64,000 nt of DNA from Eledone cirrhosa (Eukaryota), in assembly GCA_964016885.1 (NCBI GenBank), contig OZ024743.1, positions 367,784,001 through 367,848,000 on the forward strand, in the 5' to 3' direction. Shown here in pieces: positions 23,560 to 37,591 of the stretch. Both the position numbers and the translations under genes were made by a program. Positions within the stretch are counted from its first letter, which is position 1. The number at the start of each line of letters is the position of its first letter. The notes beneath the pieces were generated by a model that worked only from the letters and a program-made list of their open reading frames with translations, had not been told where the DNA came from and ran no database searches.

Positions 23560-26500
23560 CATCATCATCATCATCATCACCGTTTTACGTCCGTTCTTCC
23601 ACGCTAGCATGGGTTAGACGGGTTGTCCTGTTGTGGGCAGTGTCTGGTCGGCTGACCATGCCTTTCTCATACAGGAACTGATTTGGCTTGATTTCTACAG
23701 CTGGATGCCCTTCCTAACACCAACCTCATTTACAGTGAGTGCTGGGTGCTTTTTCGTGGCGCCTACACGTCCACTTTACAGTGTGGGCTGGGTGCTTTTT
23801 TGCCGTGGCACCTCCACGACCACCTTGTGGTGGGGGGTGTGGGGGCATATTGTCTATATGCTTCAGCTTGTACCCATGGGAGGTCGGGTACTCTGTATTA
23901 CTGCGTGACGCCAGAAGTCACGGTCGTGTGTCATTGTCTTTGAGAGGTGTAATTGGGTAAGGTCGGCTTTTATCACCTCATCCCAGGTCATCTTGGGTCT
24001 CCCCACTCCGCGGTTTCCATCAACTTCTAGTGCTCTGCACCTTTTTATGCAGCTGTCATCCTTCATACGCATCACATGTCCATACCAGCGCAACCGCCTC
24101 TCCTGCACACAGCATTTGATTCCTCTTATGCTCAGTCTCTCTCTCAATTCATTTATGCTTTGTCGTTCACGTATATTATTGTTACACATCCATCGGAGCA
24201 TGCAGGCTTCGTTTCTCTCTAATCTACGTAAGTCTTCCACCTTCAGCGCCCAGGTCTCGCTACCATGCAACATCGCTGTTCGGATACACGCATCATACAG
24301 TCTGCCTTTCATTCTGAGGGAGAAGCCTTTTGCAGCTAGCAGTGGTAGTAGTTCCCTAAACTACTTCCATCCCGTTCTTACCCTAGTTATTGCACTTTCT
24401 GAGCACCCACCTCCGTTGCTAATTCGGTCACCTAGGTAGCAGAAGCTGTCTACTGTTTCTACAGGGCCCTCCCAGAGATTGGTGGTACTTGTTTCCTGTG
24501 GCTGTTTGCTTGCTGTTTCAGCACAGCTGCTGCATGTGAATCCTACATTCTTAATTAAGCTTCCTGAGATCCCGCTACATCTCTTGTGTACCCATTGTTT
24601 GCATTTGGGGCAAAGAATGTAGTTCCTACCTACACCTTTCCTACATACTGAGCAAGGCCATTTCCCTGAGGGGATCTGGGTTCTGTTTTCTCGTCTACTT
24701 ACAAGGGCCTTAGTCTTTGTCATGTTGACTTTGAGACCCTTTCTTTCTAGTCCCTACTTCCAGGTTTGGAATTTATTCTCTAGTTCTACCATAGATCCAG
24801 CTATGAGTGCGAGGTCATCAGCATACAGGAGTTCCCATGGGCATCCGGTCTGAAACTCCTCCGTTATTGCCTGCAGGACTATGATGAACAGGAGAGGGCT
24901 AAGAACAGAGCCCTGGTGGACCCCAACCCGTACGCTAAATTCCTCGCTATACTCATTGCTAATCCTAACTTTGCTGACTGCTCCCCTATACATGGCTTGT
25001 ACCGCTTTCACAAGCCATTCATCTACTCCTAGTTTTCTAAGAGCCCACCAGATTACAGCACGTGGAACTCTGTCAAAGGCTTTCTCAAGGTCGACAAATG
25101 CCAAGTAGAGTGGCTTACTTTTAGCTAGGTACTTTTCCTGTAATTGCCTCACAAGGAAGAGGGCATCAGTGGTGCCTCTTCCTGGTACAAACCCAAATTG
25201 CATCTCGTCTATTTTCACCCGGTCCCTAATCAGCTGTGCTATAACTCTTTCTGTTACTTTCATGACCTGGTCCATCAACTTTATACCTCTATAGTTTCCT
25301 CTATCTAGTGAATCGCCTTTACCTTTGTAGCAGTTGACAATGATGCTACTGCACCAATCTTTTGGTATGGCCCCTTCTAGTATTACCTGGTTAACAATAC
25401 ATGTGGTTATAGTGTGACCTACAGACCCAGATGCCTTCAGCATCTCGGCAGCTATACCCGATGGACCGGTTGCCTTCCCCATCTTCATATCTTTGATTGC
25501 CTTACTTACTACGCTGCCGCTGACTTGTACTGCTGGTCCCTCTATAGGGTCTAATTGGGGTAGGGTCTCTTCTTCCCATGCATTCTCCTCATTTAGTAAT
25601 CTATCATAATGACTCTTCCATGCATCTTTCTTCTCAGCACTTGTGAGGGCAAGCCCACCTTTATCATTCCGGATACACTTCTCTCCAATGACATCACAAC
25701 TATCTCTGACACACTGCCTCGCAATCTTGAATACCTCCTGTTTCTGGTCCTCACGTTGTAAAACATGCTTGAATTTTCTATCCTTTGCTTCCCTCCTAGC
25801 TAAGTATACTTGTCGTCTAGCTTCCCTCTTGGTCTCTATGTAATGTACCCTGCTCCCCCCGTTCTTCCATTCTTTCCATGCCTGTCTCTTGGCCTTGACT
25901 GCTTCATCTACCTTATTATTCCACCACCAAGTCACTCTCCTCCTGCTTGAGGTCTTACTCCAGCCACAGACCTCATCCGTCGCCTCTAGTAAATTATTTT
26001 TTAGGAACTCCCAGTTCTCTTCTACATTAAATGTCTCTATCTGTTCTTCTTTACTGTCGTAGGCGTTGAATAAAATATCTTTAAATCTGTTACTGGTTGA
26101 GGGGACTTTCAGCTTCCAGATCTTTCTTCTCCAGGTTGGCCTCTGTTTCCGGGTTCGTCTAGTTCTGACCGTGAGGTCGCTGACAACTAAGCTATGTTGG
26201 GATGTGCATTCCTCACTAGGGAAGGCTTTTGTGTTTACGACCGTCCATCTGTCACGTCCTCTGATGAGGATAAAATCTAACTGACTAGAGTGCTCCCCTG
26301 ATCTATAGGTGATCAGGTGGTTGTCGGGTTTTTTAAAGTTTGTGTTACATATCGACATGTCATTGGCGTCGCAGAATTCTAGAAGTCTGAATCCTTCCTC
26401 ATTCCTTGTGCCAACCCCATGGCCTCCATGTACTCTATTGAAACCGTCGCAGTGTTTACCTACGTGTCCGTTAAAATCTCCTGCGATGATTAGGAAGTCC

Positions 26501-27360
26501 TTATCGTCTGTTAGAGCAGTAGTGTGTATTAGGGACTCGTAAAACCTATCCTTAAGTTCGTCTGGCAGCCCCGATTGCGGTGCGTAAGCTGATATTATTG
26601 TGGTAATTGTTTTATTCAGGACTAGTCTGAGTTTAATGATTCTTGCGTTTACCCTGTACACTGAGATTACTTTATCTACCCACTTGTCAGCTAGTAGTAT
26701 ACCTACACCACCCATCCCATCGTCATTTCCCACCCAGAAAAATTTGTAGCACCGACTTTTTCCTACGAGGACTCTGGCAGACTCTCCTCTCCATCTTGTC
26801 TCTTGCACACAGCATACATCAATTTCCTTTCGCTCTAGCATCTCTACGATTTCTCCTGCTCTTCCTTTCATTGAGCCTACATGGATGGTACCAACTCGGA
26901 GTTTTGGGCATTTGTCGACACTCGTAGGGGAGGGTCTCTGGGTTGGTGCTTCACATGGGTGCTTGGTAGCTCGCAGATTCATATTTCATCTATTGATTCA
27001 GAGTTGCTCAAATTTATTCTCAGCTCATCCATCCATAACGGTGGGAAAATTGAGGGCTAGAAGAACAGTGGTGGTGGGATAATGGCAGGGTGTGTTGGGC
27101 TGCAACAGGGAGGAGAGAGTTAGTTAGGTAGTAGTAGCAGCAGCCGTGGAAATGGCATGCTGAGGTTTGATTGGTCGAATAGGCTATGGTGGTGTGAGGG
27201 GAATTGTGAGGTAGGCACTGAGGGTCGCATGGTAAATAACCGAGAGAGATACGATAGAATTAGAATACTACATGGTAAATATCCGAAGTTAAAATAGCAG
27301 TAATATTAACAATAATAACGTCATAGGAACTAAGATACCTTCGAAAATTTATCAATAATA
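23560..27360 (-). mobile_element. Full-length RTE subfamily A copy, inactivated by two nonsense codons
   Basis: ORFs 24754-26982, 24361-24723 and 23863-24312 are collinear with the 1039-aa ORF. TAG stops at 24754 and 24361; (CAT)n tail. Confidence 0.93.
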
Positions 27361-27381
27361 CATGTGTATTTTTATATATAT

Positions 27382-28505
27382 GGAGTTTAGTGAGGAATTC
27401 CAGATACAAGTAGGTGTACATCAGGGTTCGGTCCTCAGCCCGCTCTTGTTCATTATAGCCCTCCAAGCCATAACAGAGGAGTTTAAGACTGGCTGCCCAT
27501 GGGAACTTCTCTATGCTGATGATCTGGTTTTTATAGCCGAATCAGTAGAGGAGCTAGAGAATAAATTCTGGCTATGGAAACAACAGTTGGAATCAAGAGG
27601 ACTGAGAGTGAACACAGCTAAGACAAAAGTGTTGATAAGTAGAAGAGAGGACAAAACTCTGATTCCATCAGGAAAATGGCCATGTTCGATATGTAGAAAA
27701 GGAACTGGCATAAATTCTATAAAATGTACGCAATGCAGATCTTGGATACACAAGGGATGTAGTGGGATAGCAGGCAAACTAGCAGGTAGGGAAAACTACG
27801 TATGCAGTAGATGTGCAGGGAAAGTTGGCAGTAGTAATCGCAGTGATAGACACATTTTTCCAATGCAGGTGGGTTCTATAGAAATGGTTGATAGCTTCTG
27901 GTACCTAGGTGATCAGATTAGCATGGGAGGCAGGTGTTCCGAGGCCATAGTATCTAGAATAACGACGGGTTTGAAGTTTAGGGAGCTGCTTCCTTTGTTG
28001 ACAAAGAAGGGTTTCTCCCTGCATACGAAAGGATGGTTATATGATGCCTGTGTGAGATGTGTGATGCTGCCTGGTAGTGAGATATGGGCAGCAACTGCGG
28101 ATATGCGACGGCTGGAGAGAAATGAAGCAAGCATGCTCCATTGGATGTGCAATGTCAATGTGCATGAACAACCAAGCATAGATGAGTTGAGAGAGAAACT
28201 TGGTATAAGAGCGATAAGTTGTGGTATGCAGGAGAGAAGACTGAGATGGTATGGACATGTGATGCGCATGGAGGATGACTGCTGGGTAAAGAAGTGCCAA
28301 GAAATCTCAGTAGAAGGAAGACGTAGTAGAGGAATGCCACAAAAAACATGGGTGGAGGTGGTGAGAGCAGACCTCAGATCGCTGAAACTCACGGAGGAGA
28401 TGACGAAGGACCATGACAAGTGGAGGGATGCTGTACTGAATAGGACCCGTCCCACCCTTGCAAGCAGGGAAACGCGGACGTAAAATGGTGATGATGATGA
28501 TGATG

Positions 28506-28508
<3 letters not shown>
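27382..28508 (+). mobile_element. 5'-truncated RTE (subfamily C)
   Basis: ORF 27362-28483 gives QGSVLSP, YADD, the PHD-type finger and RRLRWYGHV. The stop lies in the terminal ggacgTAAaa motif, followed by (GAT)n. Confidence 0.9.
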
Positions 28509-28545
<37 letters not shown>

Positions 28546-28547
<2 letters not shown>

Positions 28548-28718
28548 TCATCATCATCATTTCATTTTACGTCCACTTTTCCCTGCTTGCAAGGGTGGGA
28601 CGGGAACTGATTCTGGCTTGATTTCTACAGCTGGATGCCCTTCCTAACACCAACCTCATTTACAGTGAGTGCTGGGTGCTTTTTTGCCGTGGCACCTCCA
28701 CGACCACTTTGCAGTGGA
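28546..28718 (-). mobile_element. Short RTE 3'-end fragment, apparently a C/A chimera
   Basis: C-type end ccctgcttgcaagggtgggacgg is joined to A-type 3' UTR sequence. Confidence 0.65.
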
Positions 28719-28734
28719 ATGATAGGGACTCAAG

Positions 28735-28890
28735 TCCATATCATCTCATTTCTACAGCTGAGTAAACTGGAGCAATGTGAAATAAAGTGTCTTGCTCAAG
28801 GAAACAACACATCACCCGGTCTGAGAATTGAACTCACAACCTTTCGATTGCAAGGCCAATGCTCTAACCACTAAGCCATGTGCCTCCACT
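28735..28890 (-). mobile_element. tRNA-derived CORE-like SINE (family S2)
   Basis: Minus strand reads gtggaggcacatggcttagtggttagagc..gagttcaattc..ccttgagcaagacacttta. Relatives at about 43105-43365 and 51980-52110. Confidence 0.7.
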
Positions 28891-29587
28891 TATATATATA
28901 TATATACATATATATGTATGTATATATATTTATATGTATTAGCTGTGTCATCCAGGTCTAGGCTCAGAAATTGTGGTTCCACAGTGAGAAGGGTTCATTG
29001 TGACAAAATGGCTTTTGAGGTTTTAATATTCTCATGGCCTATCTAAATTACTGCAGTCCAATTTAGAAATACATAGTTGGTGAATTTGTCTTTGCAAAAC
29101 AGCTTAACATTTGAAAAATCTGCTTTTAATTTTCTTTTTTTTGTGCATGCATGTGGTAGGGGCATATTTATAAAAAAATACCACTCCTCTTGCAAATAAT
29201 ATGGTAGTTGCTTCTTTCTCACCAAAAAGTCAGGTGGATGTGTTAAACTAGAGTAAGTATTAAATCTGCCACCAAAGTAGCTCAAAGCATGATTTAAACT
29301 CAAAAGGTAAAAAATTCAAAATTCCTTGGTAGGAAATAATAAAAATTCAGTTTTAAGCAAAAGAGAAAGAAAAGCCAAAGAATGGATGAGAAGGAAAGAC
29401 ACAGATATGTAGAAATAGGAGATGAAAGTTTTGAGAAATATATAATATATACATATTCTTATATATATATTAGTGAGGTAGAGATTCGACCACAAGCTTG
29501 AGTGATTTCAGCTTCTTTAGGAGTTCAGCATGTGTGGGATGCCCATTATTTTTCTGTTCTGGGAGCTTATATACCCTGTTATTATTA

Positions 29588-29772
29588 TGGATTGGCAGTA
29601 TCGGTAGAGGGTCGGACGCCATGCTTTCCAGCATAGTTATGTCCTTTTATGGTCTGAGCTCAAATCCCATCGAGGTTAACTTTGCCTTTCATCCTTACGG
29701 GTTCGATAAAATAAAGTACCAGTAATGTACTGGGTAATTGCTGGCCTTGTGCCAAATGTAGACACAATTATT
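29588..29772 (+). mobile_element. SINE S1
   Basis: Same boxes, core and tail. Confidence 0.88.
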
Positions 29773-30573
29773 AAATTATTTTTTGTGGAAGTTAATAATT
29801 CAATTCAATTTTCAGTGTGTGTGTTTGATTTGGATGGCTGGACATATGGATAGATAAACAAACAGAGAGACAGATAGATAGATGCGCAATGGGAAGTGCA
29901 ACCAAGAAAGATGAAAAATATAATCATTCAGTGGAATTTATTCATTCATTCAATGCAATGGCTTCACCCTATCTTTACTCCAAACTTCTTAATTCATGCA
30001 AATTCTTGAACGTGACAGTCTTTAGGTAATATATAATATATATGTTACAGAAACCAATATTACCTGAAGTTAACAACATTGGTATTGTTCAGTGATTCAA
30101 ACCAGAAATATTTCTACTTCTAGTTCCACTATAATGGAGATGTCATGTGAAAATGCTCACAGTAAACAATTCAAGGTTTTCTTTTATCTTCATTTGATAA
30201 TGTAGTCCTAAACATAATGCTAGAATATAAAAATGGGATGGTTGTGGCTGCAATAATTAATATGGAGTTTAAATTATAACAACTAATTTCATTCATTTTT
30301 CACCACACAATATAATTAATTAAGAGTACTAAATTTACACACACACATACATACGCTCACATGCACACATACGCTCACATGCATACACACACACACATAC
30401 ACACACACATGCGCACACACACATACACATGCGCATACACATACACATGCGTGCACACATACACGCATAGAATAAAATCTTCCATCAAAAACGATGCATT
30501 AGTGTTCTGCAATGAAGACAGAAAGAATGTCAACAAGCTTGAAGTAATAGGAAGAGATTAGCATTCAGACAAA

Positions 30574-30955
30574 ATGGGTAATGACTGAAAGAATACAATC
30601 ACGAATACAAGAAGTCAAATTGGGGTTCCTCTGAAGGGTTCTTGGAGTAACGTTACTTGATAGACTGCATAACCTGGAGATTAGAGAGTCACTCCAGTTA
30701 GAGCCACTACATCTCCGAATTGAGAGATCACAGCTCCAATACTATAGGCAAGAATCACTGGACAGATTTTATAGGCAAAACCAACTGGCAGGAGATTCAG
30801 GAGTAAACTCCGATCAAGATGGTTGGATAACATCCATGAGCTTGGCTGGTCATGCTTGGGGATCCAGCCGGGTCAGTTGGAGACGGTTGCTTCTGATAGG
30901 ACCCGCTGGAAGGAGTGTTTGACCCTCTCAGGAATAAGTGGGCAAAGAAGAAGGC
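30574..30955 (+). mobile_element. Expander/Rex3-like RTE 3' fragment
   Basis: Translates WVMTERIQSRIQEVKLGFL*RVLGVTLLDRLHNLEIRESLQLEPLHLRIERSQL. Confidence 0.7.
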
Positions 30956-31759
30956 TAGGAAGCCGGAAGTGCACAAGAGGTCTTCCCAGAAGTGAGGAGC
31001 CAGTGACATAACAGTGAAAGTGCAGGCTGGCTCTCTCTCTTGATGATTGGTGCAAATGAGTGCGTGATTTTTGTTATGTTCTCTGGCCAGACACAAAACA
31101 GGTGAGCATCAAGTAGAGAGATTCAGTCCGAACATGAGTAGAGACGCCAAGGTAGGTACCTTCACATCTTATGACAATAGTTAACTGCTGCTATGACTTC
31201 ATCACAGTAGGATCTGTTTATTTATTTATTTATTTTTTTGTTATTCTGTTACTGAAGGACCTGCACTATGAACTTGATTATAGGGGACTTGGTTGGTGCT
31301 TCATGAAACCCATTCTCTCTACATAGAGAGTATTGCCTGTATTGGTGCATGGTGTACCACATATCCAATTCTAATCAGGTTGCAAATCAAATTGAGGTGT
31401 TTACCATAATCCTGCAAATTATGAAGAGCAAAAGAAGCAATCAATACAACAGAGTTAAGTGGAGCACTCCCTAATTTACTTGTTGAGGGTTGGTGGCTTG
31501 AGAATCCTCAAGGTGTCTTTTGCCCAGACATAAATCCTACATGACATACACCCCAAACATATACATATAAACATATGAACACACTATTAGATGGCTGTTG
31601 ACTCTCATGAGTTTCTCTAGCCTTTAAGGGGTTTTGTTTTTCATCCTACAGAATGCCCAAATATCACCCCTCCTCTCTAAGTAGGCTTGGTGTGGTTGAC
31701 AGTTTAGTCACAAATGACCTGACCATGCCCATAAAAGGGTTGGCCAGCTTACCTCTAAA

Positions 31760-33665
31760 AATGCTATCTGATGAAGTCAGACTGATGGTTATAAGTTGAT
31801 TATATCACCTGATCATCGACTCCAAAGAAATATGTATAATAGCTCATTGGAATAAATTTATTAATAACTTCATGTGGCCTTTGTAGTTATTTACTGTACA
31901 TATACTCTGACTTGAACTACAAAAACGAATTTGGAATGGTACATGTGTTTGAGTGCTTAAATCCAATTGCATCATCGTTGACTGATTGGAGTGTAGATTA
32001 CACAACCTTAGTCAGTTAACATTGTATGAAAAATTATTTATATATATATATATATGTACTCATGCACATATCTCACTAATATTAACCAGAAAATTACAAA
32101 TATAATCAATATCTAACGAACCAGAACAACAAAGAAAACTATGAGAGCAGATGTCACTCAACAAAATGAACATGGAAATAGAACTTTTAAAATTAAGAGC
32201 CACTACAAATGAACAAAAACACAAAAATATTGACAAACGAATGGAAGAAAAATGTGCTAAAATAGCCAAACGACCAATCTTACAAAATCTACTAAAACTC
32301 TGGAAACAAGACTGCGAGAACACAGAACTTATATCTTTGCAATGATGAGAAAAGTGTAAAAATTAGTTCCTTAAATATGAAGGGGAATTTAAGAAAATAT
32401 ACCACTCAGACAACCCCTTCATAAAGAAATTTAACAAAATAAGAACATTTGCAGTAACAGTCAAACCACCAAACACAACAAACCCAAACCACAGACAATT
32501 CCCCTTAATCTAAAATACACTAAAAAACTACAACAGAGAGAACACACGCAATCACTACAATATTGACAACCACAAAAAATCTCCCAACGATGCAAAATCC
32601 AAAACAACAAAGGATATCCCCATAACATTAACTCTACGAATTTCAGAAGAAATCCATCCAGGCCACATGAAATTCCAACAGAACCCCTACACAGGAAAAA
32701 CTGCAACAAGTACCAGCCCCTACATTACAATGATATGCATAAAACGTCATCCTACAGACCCACACAAAACAAACAACAGCTGCATTCAAAATAACAAACT
32801 TTTTATAGCACAAGAACACAAATACCAGGACACAAGGTGGCCCCCACACATGAGAAACTGAAGGTAATCAACCTTTCAAAGACGTCATTGACAAACACTC
32901 AAATAGATATATTAACCCTTTAGCATTTAAGCCGACTGTATCTGGCCATAATTCTCTCACTTCTTTCTGTTCAAACCAACCGAAACTGGCCACTCATACT
33001 GAAGTTAAGGTATTGTTCTCAAAATAAATATAAAAATCTGATAGATTCGACATTATGTGAGATAGTATGTAAGATAAAGCCTTTACTGTGAAAATATAAT
33101 AGGATATATATAGAGTAATGTAAATGCTAAAGGGTTAAATAAGGGACTGTAATTTACACCCACCCAACAAAAAAATCAAACATCTCCAAAATGAAAAATG
33201 GAATTCTGTCAAAAGCTCACGCTAGCTGAATTTATGTCTGAAAACAATGAAGATGAACCACTAGTTAAAAATAAGAATGATTTATATCCAAAAAAAAGGA
33301 AAGAATAAAGCACTAGACTCCTACTGTGAACACATAATGAATATTCCTTTTGAAAGAATTGGAAATAGAAAAACTAAATCAAATTTCTCAAAAACGTGAA
33401 TGGATGAACCTAATTGATTTACAAGAAAACACTGAAATCACTATTAAAGAAGCTGATAAAGGTAACACTTGTTATCATGACTACTGACTACTATAAAAAT
33501 CTGACACTGAAAATGTTAGAAGATAACTAACTGCACACAAAAAAAATAATGGAAAATCTTTTAACTTTACTAAATAAGTACCACAAAGGCCTAACCAGAA
33601 ATTGATTACATAAGACACTTCAAATAAAAACTAACATCTTATGGCCTACTGAAAATACACAAATA
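31760..33665 (+). mobile_element. Decayed Penelope-like element: upstream hammerhead-like motif and N-terminal RT region
   Basis: VINLSKTSLT..DIL|NKGL*FTPT, IKEADKGNT and YGLLKIHK. Upstream at 31763-31843: gctat-CTGATGA-agtc..gact..GAAA..atagc. Confidence 0.7.
32916..33134. mobile_element. piggyBac-type MITE
   Basis: TIRs CCCTTTAGCATTTA/TAAATGCTAAAGGG with TTAA on both sides. Removing it restores the PLE frame DILNKGL. Confidence 0.88.
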
Positions 33666-33824
33666 CAAACTTTCCTGTTTTATTCAAATCCTCCAGAAAC
33701 TAATTCTTTGACAACTTTTACTGTCCCCCACCCCAAAGGACCCCTTTCAATCATATTTATTTACCTTCCCTTTCTTTATTCTTGCCTTTATCTGCAAACC
33801 CTATAAATAAAGTTTATGGAGCCC

Positions 33825-33855
<31 letters not shown>

Positions 33856-33968
33856 CACAAGACAAAAGAAAACTTTATATTCACTCATTTTTAGCTATTT
33901 TTACAGACACAATAAATGCACACACACACACACACACACAACAGAACAACAAAATACTATCTGGACCA

Positions 33969-34152
33969 TTTGGCAGTATCAGTAGAGAGTCGGACGCCAT
34001 GCTTTCCAGCATAGTTACGTCCCTTTACGGTCTGAGTTCAAATCCCGCCGAGGTTAACTTTGCCTTTCATCCTTACGGGGTCGATAAAATAAAGTACCAG
34101 TAATGAACTGGGTAATTGCTGGCCTTGTGCAAACACTAGAAACAATTATTAT
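33969..34152 (+). mobile_element. SINE S1
   Basis: Same boxes, core and tail. Confidence 0.87.
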
Positions 34153-34547
34153 GAATAGAAAAAGGAATTATCTATCTAAACCAAGATAATTTTCTAGTGA
34201 ATCAATTGAATCCTGATCTGTTGAACCCCACTTCCACCATCACCACCCACCTTCATAAAGAACATATATTTAAGAAGACATTTTGACAGAAAACTCACAT
34301 ATGTTTTAACTGCCCACAGGATATGAGAACAAACTTTTTAATAGTTGATAAGATTGACATACCAATTGAAACCAGTATTAATATTTGACAAAATTTAAAT
34401 CCATTTAATGTGACAATTGTAAAATTATTCATTCTGTCGAATCAAAGAAAACATAATCGTTAAATATACCCCTGTGCTCTTTTGCTTTTACTTTTTACTT
34501 TTTACCTATAATTTTTGATTTGTATGGAACTTTACCCTCTTTTCAAC

Positions 34548-34735
34548 TCTGTTTGGCCTCCTTCCATCTCAAGAGACAATGGTTGCACCAAAAATTTAGT
34601 CCCTTCCAGATGTTGCATTTCTTTCTGTGGCTGTGTAAGCTGATGTTGGAGTGGCAATTTCTACTGCATGAGGGATAGATATAAGCAGATGCTACTTGTT
34701 TTACAGAACCTGACTTGTGCGTGGCTCTTTCCAAC
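34548..34735 (-). mobile_element. RTE-BovB-like 3' end fragment
   Basis: Minus frame YPSCSRNCHSNISLHSHRKKC (C-terminal finger), followed by ccattgtctcttgagatgg..ggcca. Confidence 0.5.
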
Positions 34736-34787
<52 letters not shown>

Positions 34788-35350
34788 CATCATCACCACC
34801 ACCATTTTTACGTTCATTTTTCCATGGTTGCATGCCATATCTCCACATGTTGCATTCCTTCCTCATCTCCTCTGTGAGTCTCAGTGATTTGAGGTTAGCT
34901 CTCACAACCTCTTCCCAGGTCTTTTATGGTCTACCTCTACTGTGGCTTCTTTCCACTGGTATTTCCTGCCATTCATCATCCATGAGCATCACATGTCCAT
35001 ACCAATGCAGTCTTCTCTCCAGCACACCACCTCAGATTCCTCTTGAGCCCAGCTTCTCCTTCAGCTCATCCAAACTCTGCATTTCTCTAACACTTACATT
35101 GCACATCCAATGAATCATGGTTGCTTCATTTCTCTTCTGTCTACACATGTTTTCTGTTGTCACGGCCCATGTTTCACCCCTGTGCACTTTCTACATACAA
35201 AATTTTCCCTTCCCATTAGTCTACCCATTATCCCACTACATCTCTTGTGTACCCAAGATTTACATTGTGTACACTGTATGGAGTTTATGCCTACTCCTTT
35301 TCTACTCACTAGCACTTTAGTTTTGGTTAAGTTTACTCTCAGACCTTTTG
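34788..35350 (-). mobile_element. Decayed, internally deleted RTE (C-like)
   Basis: GLRVNLTKTK..CTQCKSWVHKRCSG..CRKC; (CAT)n tail in (TA)n. Confidence 0.8.
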
Positions 35351-37591
35351 ATATATATATGTGTATATATATATATATATATTTATACACACACATATGC
35401 ATACATACATAGATATGGTATGTCAAACATTTTAATAACTCTCCCAGTAGAGATTTATGTTATAGTCATAAAATATATATAATTGGTTGCAAATTTTTGT
35501 TGACCTCATTTGTGAATTACACACAATTAAGTTAAATTAAGATGTTCTCTGTTTCAATCATATGTGCTTTATTGTCTACATATATCTATTATATACTATA
35601 TTTCAAAATACTTATCTGTGTGCCTGTATGTGTGAGTGTGCTCACATCTCCTCTTTAATGTCTAAAGTCAAAACAATTAAAGACCTGTTATCCCAGGTGA
35701 TTAGAGTATCATGTTAATGAAAATGTTGTGAATTTAATCATCATACGAACCAATCTTTAATTATATTATTTCTACTTCTTATTTTTATTATCTATGTGCA
35801 CACATTTAAGTTATGAGTTTGACTTCTGCCAAGATTGACCTTATCTTTTCTAAGCAAACATAATATTTAATTTATAATTTATGTTTGAATTTCACTGAAG
35901 TTGAATTTATCTTCATTGTATGAACATAAAGAATGCTTTAACCTTTACTTGAAACATCAAAGTAAATACATACTATATTAAATCTTTGTTGAACTGTATT
36001 TTTTTCTTTACTCAAATATATTAAGAACTCCTTGAAAACACAATCTATTATATATTTCTAAATGTTTGTATGTATATCTAATTTTCTCTCTTTCAAGCTT
36101 CTCTTCTTATTTCTCATTAGACTTTTACCTTCTCCTCCTCTATCTTTTATATATAGTCATCAGGCCTCTGTTCATTTGTTTGTATACAGTTATTGTTTGC
36201 TTCTCCTTTACCTCCACAGTGCTGAAACAATGTGTTTTACTACTTTACTGTCATTCTCTTTTTCTCATATTATTACCACCTCTCACTTTCACTCATTCTT
36301 CTCTTATTTTTTAATTCTTTGACTTACCTTTATTCTTTAAGTTTCTCCTTAAATGTCTGCCTATGCTTTCTTTTTCTTTAACTGAACAAAGTACATTCAT
36401 ATTACTTTTCAGATAGGCACAAGGATAGAAATGTTTGTAGGAGGAAACGGTTGATTATATCAACCAGTGCTTGATTAGGAATTACATTACTGATCCTGGA
36501 AAGCTAAAAGGCATCAATAATATTACAGAAAAGCTGTCTCACCATTATAATATCTCTGCTGCCATTGTCATTTCTGTTTATCTTCAGCATTATTTTCTCT
36601 TCCACTCTCTATCTCATACTATTATAACATTTTACTTCCCCTCTCCTGTTTCTCATTCTCTCTTTCATTCTTTGTCTTTCTTTTCTCTCACATTTTCTAC
36701 CCTCCCACTCTATATGACTCCTATTCTTTCAATTAATTTAAACAGTCAATCTGTTCGTTTTGCTTATATCATCTGTAACTCAGATTAGAGACTAAGCGTT
36801 CATGTTTGTGCGTTTCTTTTAACATAAAATTGCATTTCTATTTAAAGTTATATCTTTTTACTTTCTCTGTAACTTAAAGCTGCTTTTTTTATTTTCATTA
36901 ATGATGTTTCCATCAATAATGCCTAGGAAAAGATGTTTTACATTTACAACATAATCTATTAGTGAATATAAATGTGCTCTGATGAATGCAGAAACAGATG
37001 AACAAGAATCTTGCTTTGCTCATGGTCAATTTTATGTTAGCTGCTCAAGAGTTGTAAGTTCCCTCCCAATCTCTTTATTTATGCCTCCACTTATAACACC
37101 AACATTACTGTGCATCCTAAAGAGCTGTCATCACAATGTTCAGAATTCCTAAGGCTATGATGTCATAAAGCCGTAATATCATTTCTTTGTAGTTTGAAGT
37201 ATTGCTTCTGGCCAGTTTCAATATTTGATACTTGAGGTTCCAAACAATATATCCATTGATGGTTTACCTCCCAGCACTCCATCATCATCATCATTTTATG
37301 TCCGCTTTTGCCTGCTTGCAAGGGTGGGACAGTTTCTACTAATTTTAAAAATTCAAGAAAAGCGAATATTATCTTCAATAATAAATACTATGTTCAATAA
37401 TAATTTCAAAATAATTCAAACTGTTTTCACTTTCACTTAACCCTGCATTCTTATTTGATATGTTTTAATTATCTATATGGCATTTAGACAATTGAATTAA
37501 GTATTGAGACTGTATATATAGCATAGTGCATTATAGATCAGAATACAATTACTGATTTTGAAAAAAATCTTTTATCTTGATTTTGGGATTT

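Noticed and set aside
29498-29725. Recurrent peptide GSIGRGSDAML..FHPYGVDKIKYQ in several ORFs
   Set aside because: Incidental translation of SINE S1.
36975-37000. CTGATGA-atgca-GAAAC hammerhead-like core
   Set aside because: No adequate stem II, and no stem I or III pairing.
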